Shown here piece by piece: positions 36,806-44,655 of a stretch of 64,000 nt of DNA. The stretch lies in contig CANRJW010000002.1 in the NCBI GenBank assembly GCA_947631035.1, forward strand, positions 3,233 to 67,232, in the 5' to 3' direction. Under the pieces are notes generated by a model. It worked only from the letters and a program-made list of their open reading frames with translations. It was not told where the DNA came from and did no database searches. The stretch is from an uncultured Bacilli bacterium. GTDB lineage: Bacteria > Bacillota_I > Bacilli_A > RF39 > UBA660. The first letter of the stretch is position 1, and each line of letters begins with the position of its first letter. The position numbers and the translations under genes were made by a program.

Positions 36806-37443
36806 TACTTTACCTCTTCATTTATAATCTTGATCCCCTGCTTAAGTAGTGATTTACGTAATGATCTTACTCCTACTCTATAGGATGGGGAGTCTACACT
36901 GCGCTTAATGGTTGATTTCTTACCTTCCTTGCTCTCACAGTAGAAGTAGTGCGTCTTTCCCTTTACCTTATCTGGGATTTGATCTTCTTTCTCTTCCTTC
37001 TTCTTCTTTCTGCCGCGTCTCCTAGTCTCGGATACCTGTTCTTCCTGATCTACTTCCTCGGCCCGTTTGATCATCTTCTCAAGATTTTTCTTATCTTCTT
37101 GTCTACGCTTTTCAAAATAACTGTAGTGTTGTTTACTTAGAACCGAAAGAAGCTGGTCTTCAGATAGTTCGTAGATCTCTTCTAATGTTTTTCCTTTATC
37201 CAGCCAGGCCGTTGTAGCCCAGTTTCTTAAAACATTTCTTTCATACCCTTCACGTGCTTTATCTGATTTAAATTCAAAACGTACGCAGACTGCATTACAA
37301 GAAACAAAACAAGCAGGAGCTGAGGGATACGCAGCCAGCGCGTCTTTTCTGTACTTGCAATCTTCGCAGAAATCTGCAAATATTCTCTCAGAGTAGGGTG
37401 CACTGCCCTTTAACACAATTGACTTCATTGCTTCTTTCTTCAT
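36805..37443 (-). CDS. hypothetical Lys-rich protein
   Basis: Start moved to the internal Met (MKKEAMKS) to avoid overlap; Cys cluster in the N-terminal half, basic/acidic C-terminal tail. Confidence 0.4.
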   Translation of the reverse strand: MKKEAMKSIVLKGSAPYSERIFADFCEDCKYRKDALAAYPSAPACFVSCNAVCVRFEFKSDKAREGYERNVLRNWATTAWLDKGKTLEEIYELSEDQLLSVLSKQHYSYFEKRRQEDKKNLEKMIKRAEEVDQEEQVSETRRRGRKKKKEEKEDQIPDKVKGKTHYFYCESKEGKKSTIKRSVDSPSYRVGVRSLRKSLLKQGIKIINEEVK

Positions 37444-37444
37444 A

Positions 37445-37753
37445 TTAATTATCCTCGAGGAGAAAATTCTCTTTGATATATTTTTCAAACATCTCTTGAG
37501 CCATCTTATGCATACGGTCGTGAAGTTGCTCAAGAATCTCTTTACGTGCGTATTGTATAAAGGTGTCTGATACGCTTATGCTTCGGCTATCAACCTGTTC
37601 CCTGCCTGTTTCAAGAGTGATTTTGAAGATTCCAGGTGCTTCACACCTATCGGGCTCTCTCCAAATACGAGCAACAAGGCACCTTACGTTCGCTTCTTCA
37701 TAATCTTTAAGAACATGCGGAACACTGCGAAACTGTAGCTGTTTTATTTTCAT
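37445..37753 (-). CDS. small hypothetical protein, paralog of 1204..1476
   Basis: See 1204..1476; a promoter module lies directly upstream at 37771-37840. Confidence 0.45.
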   Translation of the reverse strand: MKIKQLQFRSVPHVLKDYEEANVRCLVARIWREPDRCEAPGIFKITLETGREQVDSRSISVSDTFIQYARKEILEQLHDRMHKMAQEMFEKYIKENFLLEDN

Positions 37754-37774
37754 AATATTACACCTCACTTTATT

Positions 37775-37835
37775 TTCATGTTTATTATAATATAAACAAA
37801 AAGAAAAGATCAACTAATTTTCATAGTTGATCTTA
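37775..37835 (-). promoter_or_regulatory. terminator-promoter module, full form
   Basis: GATCAACTA / TAGTTGATC arms plus ttattataatat; between fibre paralog 37868..38653 and the small paralog 37445..37753. Confidence 0.55.
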
Positions 37836-37867
37836 ATATATTTTCTTTTTGCTGCTGTACGTTGTTT

Positions 37868-38653
37868 TTACTTAAGTGTAAAGCAAAAAATCACACCATG
37901 GGGATAGCTCGCGTCGCCCCCAGATAAACTACCATTGTAGTCTAAATAACACCAATCTAAATTCGATGTATGCCTGTTTCTTATCCAAGAATTAACGCTG
38001 CTTTTAAGTCTGGGATTAGCTTGAATTGTAGAGGTTTCATCTCCTTCCAATAACCACCTGTAGTATACAAATTGGAAAATTGAATTACTATCTTTAACTA
38101 GCCAGGAAGGAAACGTTGCGTTATCTTTCCCCCAGATCTCTTCTGCTGAAGGTACCCAAAGTTTGCAGGAAATTCCTGCATCACCATCACCTGAGGACTT
38201 AGTCACACTGGTGATTTTATCACTTAAATACTTGGGAAACAGGTCAAGAACATCGCTGTTCAGTATTTTACACAGGTCTGTTGCTCCCCAGGTTGTGGTT
38301 AGAGAATCTGACATTTGAAGCGTGCCTAACCATGAGACTTGCCATGTGGTTCCACTGCTATAACTAAGGTCAACGCAAAGTGCGGGAAGAACACGTCCAT
38401 CCTTTAACTCTATAAGTGCACGATCTCCAACCCTTATAACCGTCCCTCCACCGCTTCCTGCATTTTCCCAGTACGTTTGAATGTTAGGACCAATAGGAGT
38501 CGCTGCATTTATGACCGTATTGCCAGCACCGCCTATATATAAATTATTGTTTTGCATGTCATAATAGGGTTGACCGGGAATCAGTGTAGCATTACTACTA
38601 TTCCCGCTACCCCTTAAAAACTGTATTGAATTATTTCCTGCCATTAAAAACAT
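37868..38653 (-). CDS. tail-fibre/receptor-binding-like protein, paralog family member 3
   Basis: MAGNNSIQFLRGSG...QPYYDMQNNNLYIGG is conserved with the other two members; the TTTGCTAAATT motif lies upstream. Confidence 0.5.
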   Translation of the reverse strand: MFLMAGNNSIQFLRGSGNSSNATLIPGQPYYDMQNNNLYIGGAGNTVINAATPIGPNIQTYWENAGSGGGTVIRVGDRALIELKDGRVLPALCVDLSYSSGTTWQVSWLGTLQMSDSLTTTWGATDLCKILNSDVLDLFPKYLSDKITSVTKSSGDGDAGISCKLWVPSAEEIWGKDNATFPSWLVKDSNSIFQFVYYRWLLEGDETSTIQANPRLKSSVNSWIRNRHTSNLDWCYLDYNGSLSGGDASYPHGVIFCFTLK

Positions 38654-38693
38654 CCCTTTGTATGTAAGATTACATACAATTTAGCAAACATCT

Positions 38694-38972
38694 TTATCCC
38701 TTAAAAATACCTTCAAGGATGTTTTCACATTTAGGTGAGGAAAAGATACCAAACTTAATTAGTGTATTTAAGTTAAGTGCTTTGCCCACCCTTTCAAGGT
38801 CTTCTAATGCCTCTGCACCCTTCGTGAACACCGCATCATAAATAAGGGTGGGACCATCTTCATCTTTTCTAAATATATATCCATGATACAAATTCCTACA
38901 GTAAGCGAGCACATCTGAAGCAAAGGGATTGTAATCGTATTTCTTAACAATTGAGTAATATTCTTTTTCCAT
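38694..38972 (-). CDS. hypothetical protein
   Basis: 92 aa ORF. Confidence 0.4.
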   Translation of the reverse strand: MEKEYYSIVKKYDYNPFASDVLAYCRNLYHGYIFRKDEDGPTLIYDAVFTKGAEALEDLERVGKALNLNTLIKFGIFSSPKCENILEGIFKG

Positions 38973-38974
38973 AT

Positions 38975-39367
38975 TTATTTCACCCCCACAAAATGGCTTT
39001 CTTTTACATAACCAACAACCTTAGATTGTTCAGTAATGGTCTGATCTTTCTTATCTACTATAAGCTGAACTTCTTCAACATAAACTGATTCTTGATAGTT
39101 ATCCTCAAAGGGTGCAATAAGCTTGAGAAGTGCTCCTAGAGTTACACAGCTTACAGCGGGACTACCTTGATACCTGTAATAGGTAGCAAGAGTGTTGTCT
39201 CCCTTAAGAAGCTTCACCTGCTTGCCATCACTAAGGCCGCAGTAAAAGGACCCATCAGCAGCATTAAGATAGATACATTTCTCATCGATCTTTCTTACAA
39301 TACACTCTCTACCGGAGTGCCAGACGTGATCACCTACTTCAAGTCAGTTTCCAGTCATATCTAACAT
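38975..39367 (-). pseudogene. gene with an in-frame TGA at codon 8 (interrupted gene or stop-codon readthrough candidate)
   Basis: Strong RBS GAGGTGAT plus ATG at 39367; the reading frame MLDMTGN-TGA-LEVGDHVWHSGREC... then continues in frame into the 80-aa ORF. The only alternative start is a weak GTG at 39217. Confidence 0.4.
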
Positions 39368-39379
39368 CTTTATCACCTC

Positions 39380-39805
39380 TTAGAAGTTGTAGTCGAAGTA
39401 CTCGCGGCGGCCGGCCGTGACCTTCTTACCAAGGTACATGAAAGCACCTTCTTTCTTGCTCCACCGCACTGTAAGAACACTGCCGTTCGGATCTCTCTCG
39501 TAGTTATATTCCAAGTCTTCGTTATTAGTACAGCAGGCACCGAAACCACCAGGAACAAATTCTGGCTTACAGCCCTTCTTAAGCGCTGCCTTATCCCGCT
39601 GAAGCGTTAAGCTACACGGGGTCCTTTTAATAACGGTGTAAGCTTCAGCATCGGAGTAGTAATGAACAGTAACGCCATCGCCCACTTCTAGCCCCTGATA
39701 AAACTCAGCATAAATAGGTCTTTCTTGAGCAACCTTCTTATTGTAATCACAAGTCCAGGGAAGAGCTTCCAACCTAGCTTTTAATTCCTTTTCACTCATC
39801 TTCAT
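39380..39805 (-). CDS. hypothetical protein
   Basis: About 141 aa; start chosen at the Met preceded by GAGGT. Confidence 0.45.
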   Translation of the reverse strand: MKMSEKELKARLEALPWTCDYNKKVAQERPIYAEFYQGLEVGDGVTVHYYSDAEAYTVIKRTPCSLTLQRDKAALKKGCKPEFVPGGFGACCTNNEDLEYNYERDPNGSVLTVRWSKKEGAFMYLGKKVTAGRREYFDYNF

Positions 39806-39956
39806 ACTTAAATACCTCACACTTGATTCTTACTTATATTATATACGATATAGTAAAAAATAGCAACTAATATTAAATAGTAATTGAGGATTTTAATAAA
39901 AATTCAGTTTTTAGATAGCTAAATTTAATGGAAATAAAATTTAAGGGGTTTGTTTT

Positions 39957-40565
39957 ATGAAAGCATGCGAGGTGATGAGTTTACTTCACATAACTAGGCC
40001 CACTCTGTGTAAGTATCTTAAAGTAGGTTATATAAAAGCGACTAAGACGGCCACAGGTCAATATATTTATGATGATGATTCAGTATATGCTTTTATAGGT
40101 CAAAAGAAGCATAAAGAAAATAAGATAGTAGTTTCATATGCCAGGGTATCCACACAGAATCAAAAAGATCAACTAATAAGTCAAAATCAACGAATATATG
40201 AATCCTGCATATCAAGAGGGCTTAATCTAGACATGCAATTATCTGATATCAAGTCTGGACTATCTGAAAACAGGGAAGGATTGCAGAAACTGATCAGGCT
40301 GGTCATTGAAAATAAAGTTAAGTTGATAGTTATTGAGAATAAAGATAGGCTAGTTAGGTTTGGATATGAAATATTGGAATCTGTATTTAGGTATTTCGGT
40401 ACTTCAATTTTAGTGCTGAATGACTCCATCCAAAATAAATCATATGAACAAGAGTTAACCGATGACCTAATTTCAATTATTCATTATTTTTCTATGAAAT
40501 CTTATTCACATAGAAGAAAATTAAATAAAATAAGAAGAGAATTAGAGGAAAAAGAAGGAGACTAA
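39957..40565 (+). CDS. tnpA: IS607-family transposase TnpA (serine recombinase with an N-terminal MerR-like HTH)
   Basis: The HTH MSLLHITRPTLCKYLKVGYI is followed by the catalytic block VVSYARVSTQNQKDQL. One of only two plus-strand genes in the window. Confidence 0.8.
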   Translation: MKACEVMSLLHITRPTLCKYLKVGYIKATKTATGQYIYDDDSVYAFIGQKKHKENKIVVSYARVSTQNQKDQLISQNQRIYESCISRGLNLDMQLSDIKSGLSENREGLQKLIRLVIENKVKLIVIENKDRLVRFGYEILESVFRYFGTSILVLNDSIQNKSYEQELTDDLISIIHYFSMKSYSHRRKLNKIRRELEEKEGD

Positions 40566-40568
40566 GTA

Positions 40569-41960
40569 GTGGAAAATTTGATTACACTTAAAATCAAATA
40601 TTCATTATCAAGCAGTATAGATAGGGATACTCTACTCTCTTTTATAAAAAACTACAATAATGTTTATAGATTTACAGCTAATAGATTATTAGAAAATCCT
40701 AAACTAGGTACCAAAAGAATCACTGAACTGCAAAACAACTTGAATAATATTTTTATAGATTCTCACCTTAAGAACTCCTGCATATTTGATGCTAAAACAT
40801 TAATTAAGCAATCAGAACAGGGCGATAAAATAATATTTGGTGGCAAGCAGTTATTGAATAAAAGGAATAAACATCAAATATCTAATGAAGAATGGAAGCT
40901 TCAAAGATTGGTTCCTCTATGTAGTGTTGGAGAAGCAGATAAGAAGGCTAATAGGAAATTTACTATCTTATCCTCATCTCAAATATTATTCAAACCCAAC
41001 AAAAGCACTCACATTGTTCTTAACTTATGTAGTTTAAGAAAGAATTGGAAGTCTCAGTTGGAAAGACTTTCGTTACTGCAGAATCAAAAAGTATTACCTA
41101 TAACCTACAGATTAGATCTGGATTATATTTATATTACATATGATTGTAATCTCACATCCACGAGTAAGTCTAAGAGTAAAACACTGGATAGAATACTATC
41201 TATAGATATGAATCCAAACTATTTAGGATATGATATATGTGACTGGAGCGGTGAATATCCAAATAGAATAGTTAAATCTGAGGTGCTATCTCTTAAACCC
41301 TTAAATGATAAAGACAGTAGCTTAAAAAGTAAGAGCTTGAATAGCTCCTCAAAAGAGAGGGCATGTATTACAGACAAGAGAGAATATGAGGTAATTCAAT
41401 TAGCGCATCAGATAGTCAAGCAAACAATTCATTATGGGTGCGAACTAATTGCGATTGAAGACTTAGTTATTCTTCCCGGCAACCTAAACAAAGGAAAGAA
41501 ACTAAATAAATTATGCAATAATCAATGGTGTAGAGATAAGTTTGTACGAGTACTGGAAAAACTGTGCAAGCTAAGTAACATTAAATTATTAAAAATGCCT
41601 GCAAATTATTCAAGCTACACCGGTAATTTGTGTTATAGAAAATATAACTTACCTGATATGTGCTTATCAGCTCTTGAAATAGGTAGAAGAGGTTATGAAT
41701 TTAACCATCAATATCTATTAAAAGATAAAGATATAAAAAAGAATATAGTTTTAAACAACTCCCAAGAATTTGTATCTAATGCAAAACAGTCGTTGGAAGA
41801 ATTAGGGTTGCATTTAGGTATAGATTCAGTTGACTTAAAGCAAATATTCAAGGAAGTTAAAAACTCTAAATTGAGATATAGAGTTCAGCTAGATGAAAAT
41901 CAATGCTGTTTTAGGAAATTCTATAAAAAGAAATATATAGATTTATACAGGTTTGTATAG
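40569..41960 (+). CDS. tnpB: TnpB-like RuvC-fold protein (IS605/IS607 OrfB; OMEGA-type RNA-guided nuclease family)
   Basis: RuvC-I LSIDMNPNYLGY, RuvC-II IAIEDL, a degenerate zinc-finger region (YSSYTGNLC...) and RuvC-III-like PDMCLSALEIGRRG; sits 4 nt downstream of tnpA. Confidence 0.7.
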   Translation: MENLITLKIKYSLSSSIDRDTLLSFIKNYNNVYRFTANRLLENPKLGTKRITELQNNLNNIFIDSHLKNSCIFDAKTLIKQSEQGDKIIFGGKQLLNKRNKHQISNEEWKLQRLVPLCSVGEADKKANRKFTILSSSQILFKPNKSTHIVLNLCSLRKNWKSQLERLSLLQNQKVLPITYRLDLDYIYITYDCNLTSTSKSKSKTLDRILSIDMNPNYLGYDICDWSGEYPNRIVKSEVLSLKPLNDKDSSLKSKSLNSSSKERACITDKREYEVIQLAHQIVKQTIHYGCELIAIEDLVILPGNLNKGKKLNKLCNNQWCRDKFVRVLEKLCKLSNIKLLKMPANYSSYTGNLCYRKYNLPDMCLSALEIGRRGYEFNHQYLLKDKDIKKNIVLNNSQEFVSNAKQSLEELGLHLGIDSVDLKQIFKEVKNSKLRYRVQLDENQCCFRKFYKKKYIDLYRFV

Positions 41961-42018
41961 GTCTGAATAGAATTTACATCTTATATGCTCCTTTGATATT
42001 AGTATTTGTGTATTTTTC

Positions 42019-43122
42019 TTATGGTGTAAGTCCAGAATCAGGTCCGCTGCCGCCGTCCTGAATGGAATTGAAGTAGTCGTTGATGCCGCCGGAGAGGTCT
42101 CCGCCCATCGAACTGTCGCTGCCGAGACGATCCATCGCTTCCTGCTGCGCCTGATCGAAGCTGTCGCCATAGTACGTACTCCCGTCGTTGATGTTGCCGC
42201 TGTTATCGCCGCTGCTCCCACCGTTACCGCTGCCTGTCGGAGGCGGAGAGTACTTGGGCGGGGTATCGGGATCGGACGGAGCGTCATTGTCATTCTTCGG
42301 CCAATCCATATTGGGCACATAGAAGGACGGATTTTCCGCTTCTTCGACGCTGTCCTCGAACGCGAGGAAGACGGCCGAGACGGTGATGTTGCCCTGCACG
42401 TCAAGATCCTGCCTGTAGGCTTCGGTGACGCCGTCGGACCAACCGACGAAGATGTGCTCGCTGTCTCCGATCGCGAGGACGGCGGGCGCGTCTTCCCCTT
42501 CCGTGACGATGAGCTCCTGTGCGAGCGCGGGCTCTTCGGACCAATCGTCGGTGTACATGACGATCGAGCCGCCCTTATTCGCCGTGTAGGTCACGGTGTA
42601 CGTTCTCGGGATATATTCGCCCATGAGAAGTTCCGCGCCGCCGGGGATGACGTCCGCGACATAGAGCGAACCGACGGTCAACATCGAGGTGCCGAAGAAG
42701 ACGCCGACGCCGAAGGTGATGACGAGCGCCGCAGACACTGCGAGCTTGACGAGCATGTGATCGACCGAGCCGAGGGCCTTCATCGTGTCTTCCCTCTGCT
42801 TCATCGCGACGTAGGAAGCGTCGTTTTCGAGCTCGACCATCGTGAGCACACGCTCTTCGAGGCCGAGACGGTCGACGCGCTGAGCGATCGCTTTGGTCGT
42901 GGGACGGTAGAGCTTCAAATAAAGGAGCGGCGTCAGCCCCGCAAGAAGGGCCGCGAACACGCCGAGGCCGATCCAAAGCCCCGCCTTAAACCCTGCAAGC
43001 CAGCAGATAAGCACGGTGAGCGAAAGTGCGCCGAAGGCGATGCTTCCGCTGAGCAGAAATGCTTTCAAGATGCCTTCACGGGCGATCCGTGCACGGTACT
43101 TTTTAAAAACATTGTCAGCCAT
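42019..43122 (-). CDS. foreign-origin membrane protein (about 60% GC; three N-terminal TM helices, Gly/Ser/Asp-rich C-terminal tail)
   Basis: Strong compositional contrast with the rest of the window; both strands show the stop-free spurious ORFs typical of high-GC DNA. The phage-type TTGCTAAATT motif lies upstream at 43173-43182. Confidence 0.55.
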   Translation of the reverse strand: MADNVFKKYRARIAREGILKAFLLSGSIAFGALSLTVLICWLAGFKAGLWIGLGVFAALLAGLTPLLYLKLYRPTTKAIAQRVDRLGLEERVLTMVELENDASYVAMKQREDTMKALGSVDHMLVKLAVSAALVITFGVGVFFGTSMLTVGSLYVADVIPGGAELLMGEYIPRTYTVTYTANKGGSIVMYTDDWSEEPALAQELIVTEGEDAPAVLAIGDSEHIFVGWSDGVTEAYRQDLDVQGNITVSAVFLAFEDSVEEAENPSFYVPNMDWPKNDNDAPSDPDTPPKYSPPPTGSGNGGSSGDNSGNINDGSTYYGDSFDQAQQEAMDRLGSDSSMGGDLSGGINDYFNSIQDGGSGPDSGLTP

Positions 43123-43175
43123 TGTTGTTACCTCCTCACAAATTTTTTATGTTAAATAGGTAGTAGTCACATAAT

Positions 43176-43709
43176 TTAGCAATCATTTAGTATGTTCTTA
43201 TAAACCACATATTGCATAGAAACTGCATGAATATTCTCTTCTGTATCCTTTATATCCACTGTACGAGATGGTGTCTCATAGAGAAACATAAAGCCCTCAT
43301 CGAGATTATCTAAATTTCTAATGAAAGTATCTGCATTACCGTCAATATCAACCCTAGTAACAAAAGCATAATCACAGAAAGGAAGTAGAGTATTATAGAC
43401 CATCCCACCACCTATTACCATTGCTTTGTCTACAAGATCGTTTTTAGTAATATAGTCAGATAGTTCTTTTATATTTGTTACATGAACTACACTTTCCGGT
43501 AGTTTTTCATCTTCAGGTGCAATAACTATATTTAATCTATTCTTCAGAGGCTTACCGCCTGGCAGGGAATGTAAAGTATTTAACCCCATTATTACAGGTT
43601 TGTAAGATGTATTAAGAACAAAGCTTTGCATATCTTCAGGAATGTTGAAGAGAAGTTTTCCATTCTTTCCAATACCCCAATTCTTATCTACACAGACAAT
43701 TGCGTTCAT
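43176..43709 (-). CDS. folA: dihydrofolate reductase
   Basis: MNAIVCVDKNWGIGKNGKLLFNIPEDMQSF matches the DHFR N-terminal NADPH/folate-binding signature; 177 aa. Confidence 0.8.
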   Translation of the reverse strand: MNAIVCVDKNWGIGKNGKLLFNIPEDMQSFVLNTSYKPVIMGLNTLHSLPGGKPLKNRLNIVIAPEDEKLPESVVHVTNIKELSDYITKNDLVDKAMVIGGGMVYNTLLPFCDYAFVTRVDIDGNADTFIRNLDNLDEGFMFLYETPSRTVDIKDTEENIHAVSMQYVVYKNILNDC

Positions 43710-43715
43710 TTCTAT

Positions 43716-44357
43716 TTAATCCCCGTTATTCAGCTTTTCCCAGCTAATTCTTAAGAAGGCTAGAGAGTTTCCGTTGCAGTTATGTGCACAATCAGCTTTA
43801 ACAAAAAACCAAGAGGCTTGCAAATCTTTCATGGCACCGCCCACAGTCTCACGAGACAGGTCTTTAGAAAGGTAGTAGATACATTTGTGTTCTCCCCTTT
43901 CGGCTGCCTTTTTAATTTCTTTTCTAATTTTTGCGGATAGCTCTCTTACTTCCTTCTCGCTCGTCATTAAGTCAATTGCTTTCTTAGCTAATTTTTGAGC
44001 ATACACTGCATCAAACTTATCAATAGGAATATCATCAAAATTAGTTTCTTCAGGAAATTCGGGCTTAAGCCATTCTATAAAATCGCTCTCAAGCTTCTCA
44101 GACACCGAAAGGACAGTGCATATAAATGTTTCTATAATTTCGTCTGAAGAACTGTCAGGTGGTAGTTTTAAGAACGCGTGATAGGGAGAGGAGGTACAGT
44201 CGCCAAAATTGATATAAAAAGAATTACAATCTGTTTTTAAATGGAAAGGCGTACCTTGTATTGTAAAGCAAATATTCTTCTCTGCAAGGAATTGATTAAG
44301 TGCTTCCCTTGCGGTGGTGATGTTGTTATGTATCCAACTCTTTAGTGCATTATTCAT
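43716..44357 (-). CDS. hypothetical protein
   Basis: 213 aa ORF. Confidence 0.45.
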   Translation of the reverse strand: MNNALKSWIHNNITTAREALNQFLAEKNICFTIQGTPFHLKTDCNSFYINFGDCTSSPYHAFLKLPPDSSSDEIIETFICTVLSVSEKLESDFIEWLKPEFPEETNFDDIPIDKFDAVYAQKLAKKAIDLMTSEKEVRELSAKIRKEIKKAAERGEHKCIYYLSKDLSRETVGGAMKDLQASWFFVKADCAHNCNGNSLAFLRISWEKLNNGD

Positions 44358-44643
44358 TACTTTCTCCCGCCTTTATCTCTACTGCTGTGATTTTAAGATC
44401 ATCATCTCTACCTGTTACCGGAATTAGGAGAGCTTGGATGCCTACGCTTCTTAACCACTCCTGCAATCCAGTCAAAGCATCTACAAAAGATTTTCTATCC
44501 ATGAGGTTTCCATCATCACCCTTTGCATTTACATAAAGAAGATAGCGTAAATCAGGGTCTAAACCCTCCAAGGCTTCTATCCTGATGTGAGAGATATCCA
44601 TAGTGGAGGGCTTTTCTATTTTTCTTTCAGATATTTCTTTCAT
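44350..44643 (-). CDS. hypothetical protein
   Basis: 97 aa ORF. Confidence 0.4.
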   Translation of the reverse strand: MKEISERKIEKPSTMDISHIRIEALEGLDPDLRYLLYVNAKGDDGNLMDRKSFVDALTGLQEWLRSVGIQALLIPVTGRDDDLKITAVEIKAGESNE

Positions 44644-44655
44644 ATTAGTTTCTCC

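Larger units (their letters stand above)
39880..42018 (+). mobile_element. IS607-family insertion sequence (tnpA-tnpB) inserted between minus-strand phage genes
   Basis: Strand flip and gene content. The left boundary is approximate, just right of the phage promoter-module remnant at 39861-39874; the right end abuts the stop of the GC-rich gene. Confidence 0.6.

Noticed and set aside
42454-43155. ORFs 42454..43155(+) and 42575..42976(-) inside the GC-rich gene
   Set aside because: Long stop-free alternative frames are expected in 60% GC DNA; the 367-aa minus-strand frame, with TM helices and a proper start context, is the real gene.
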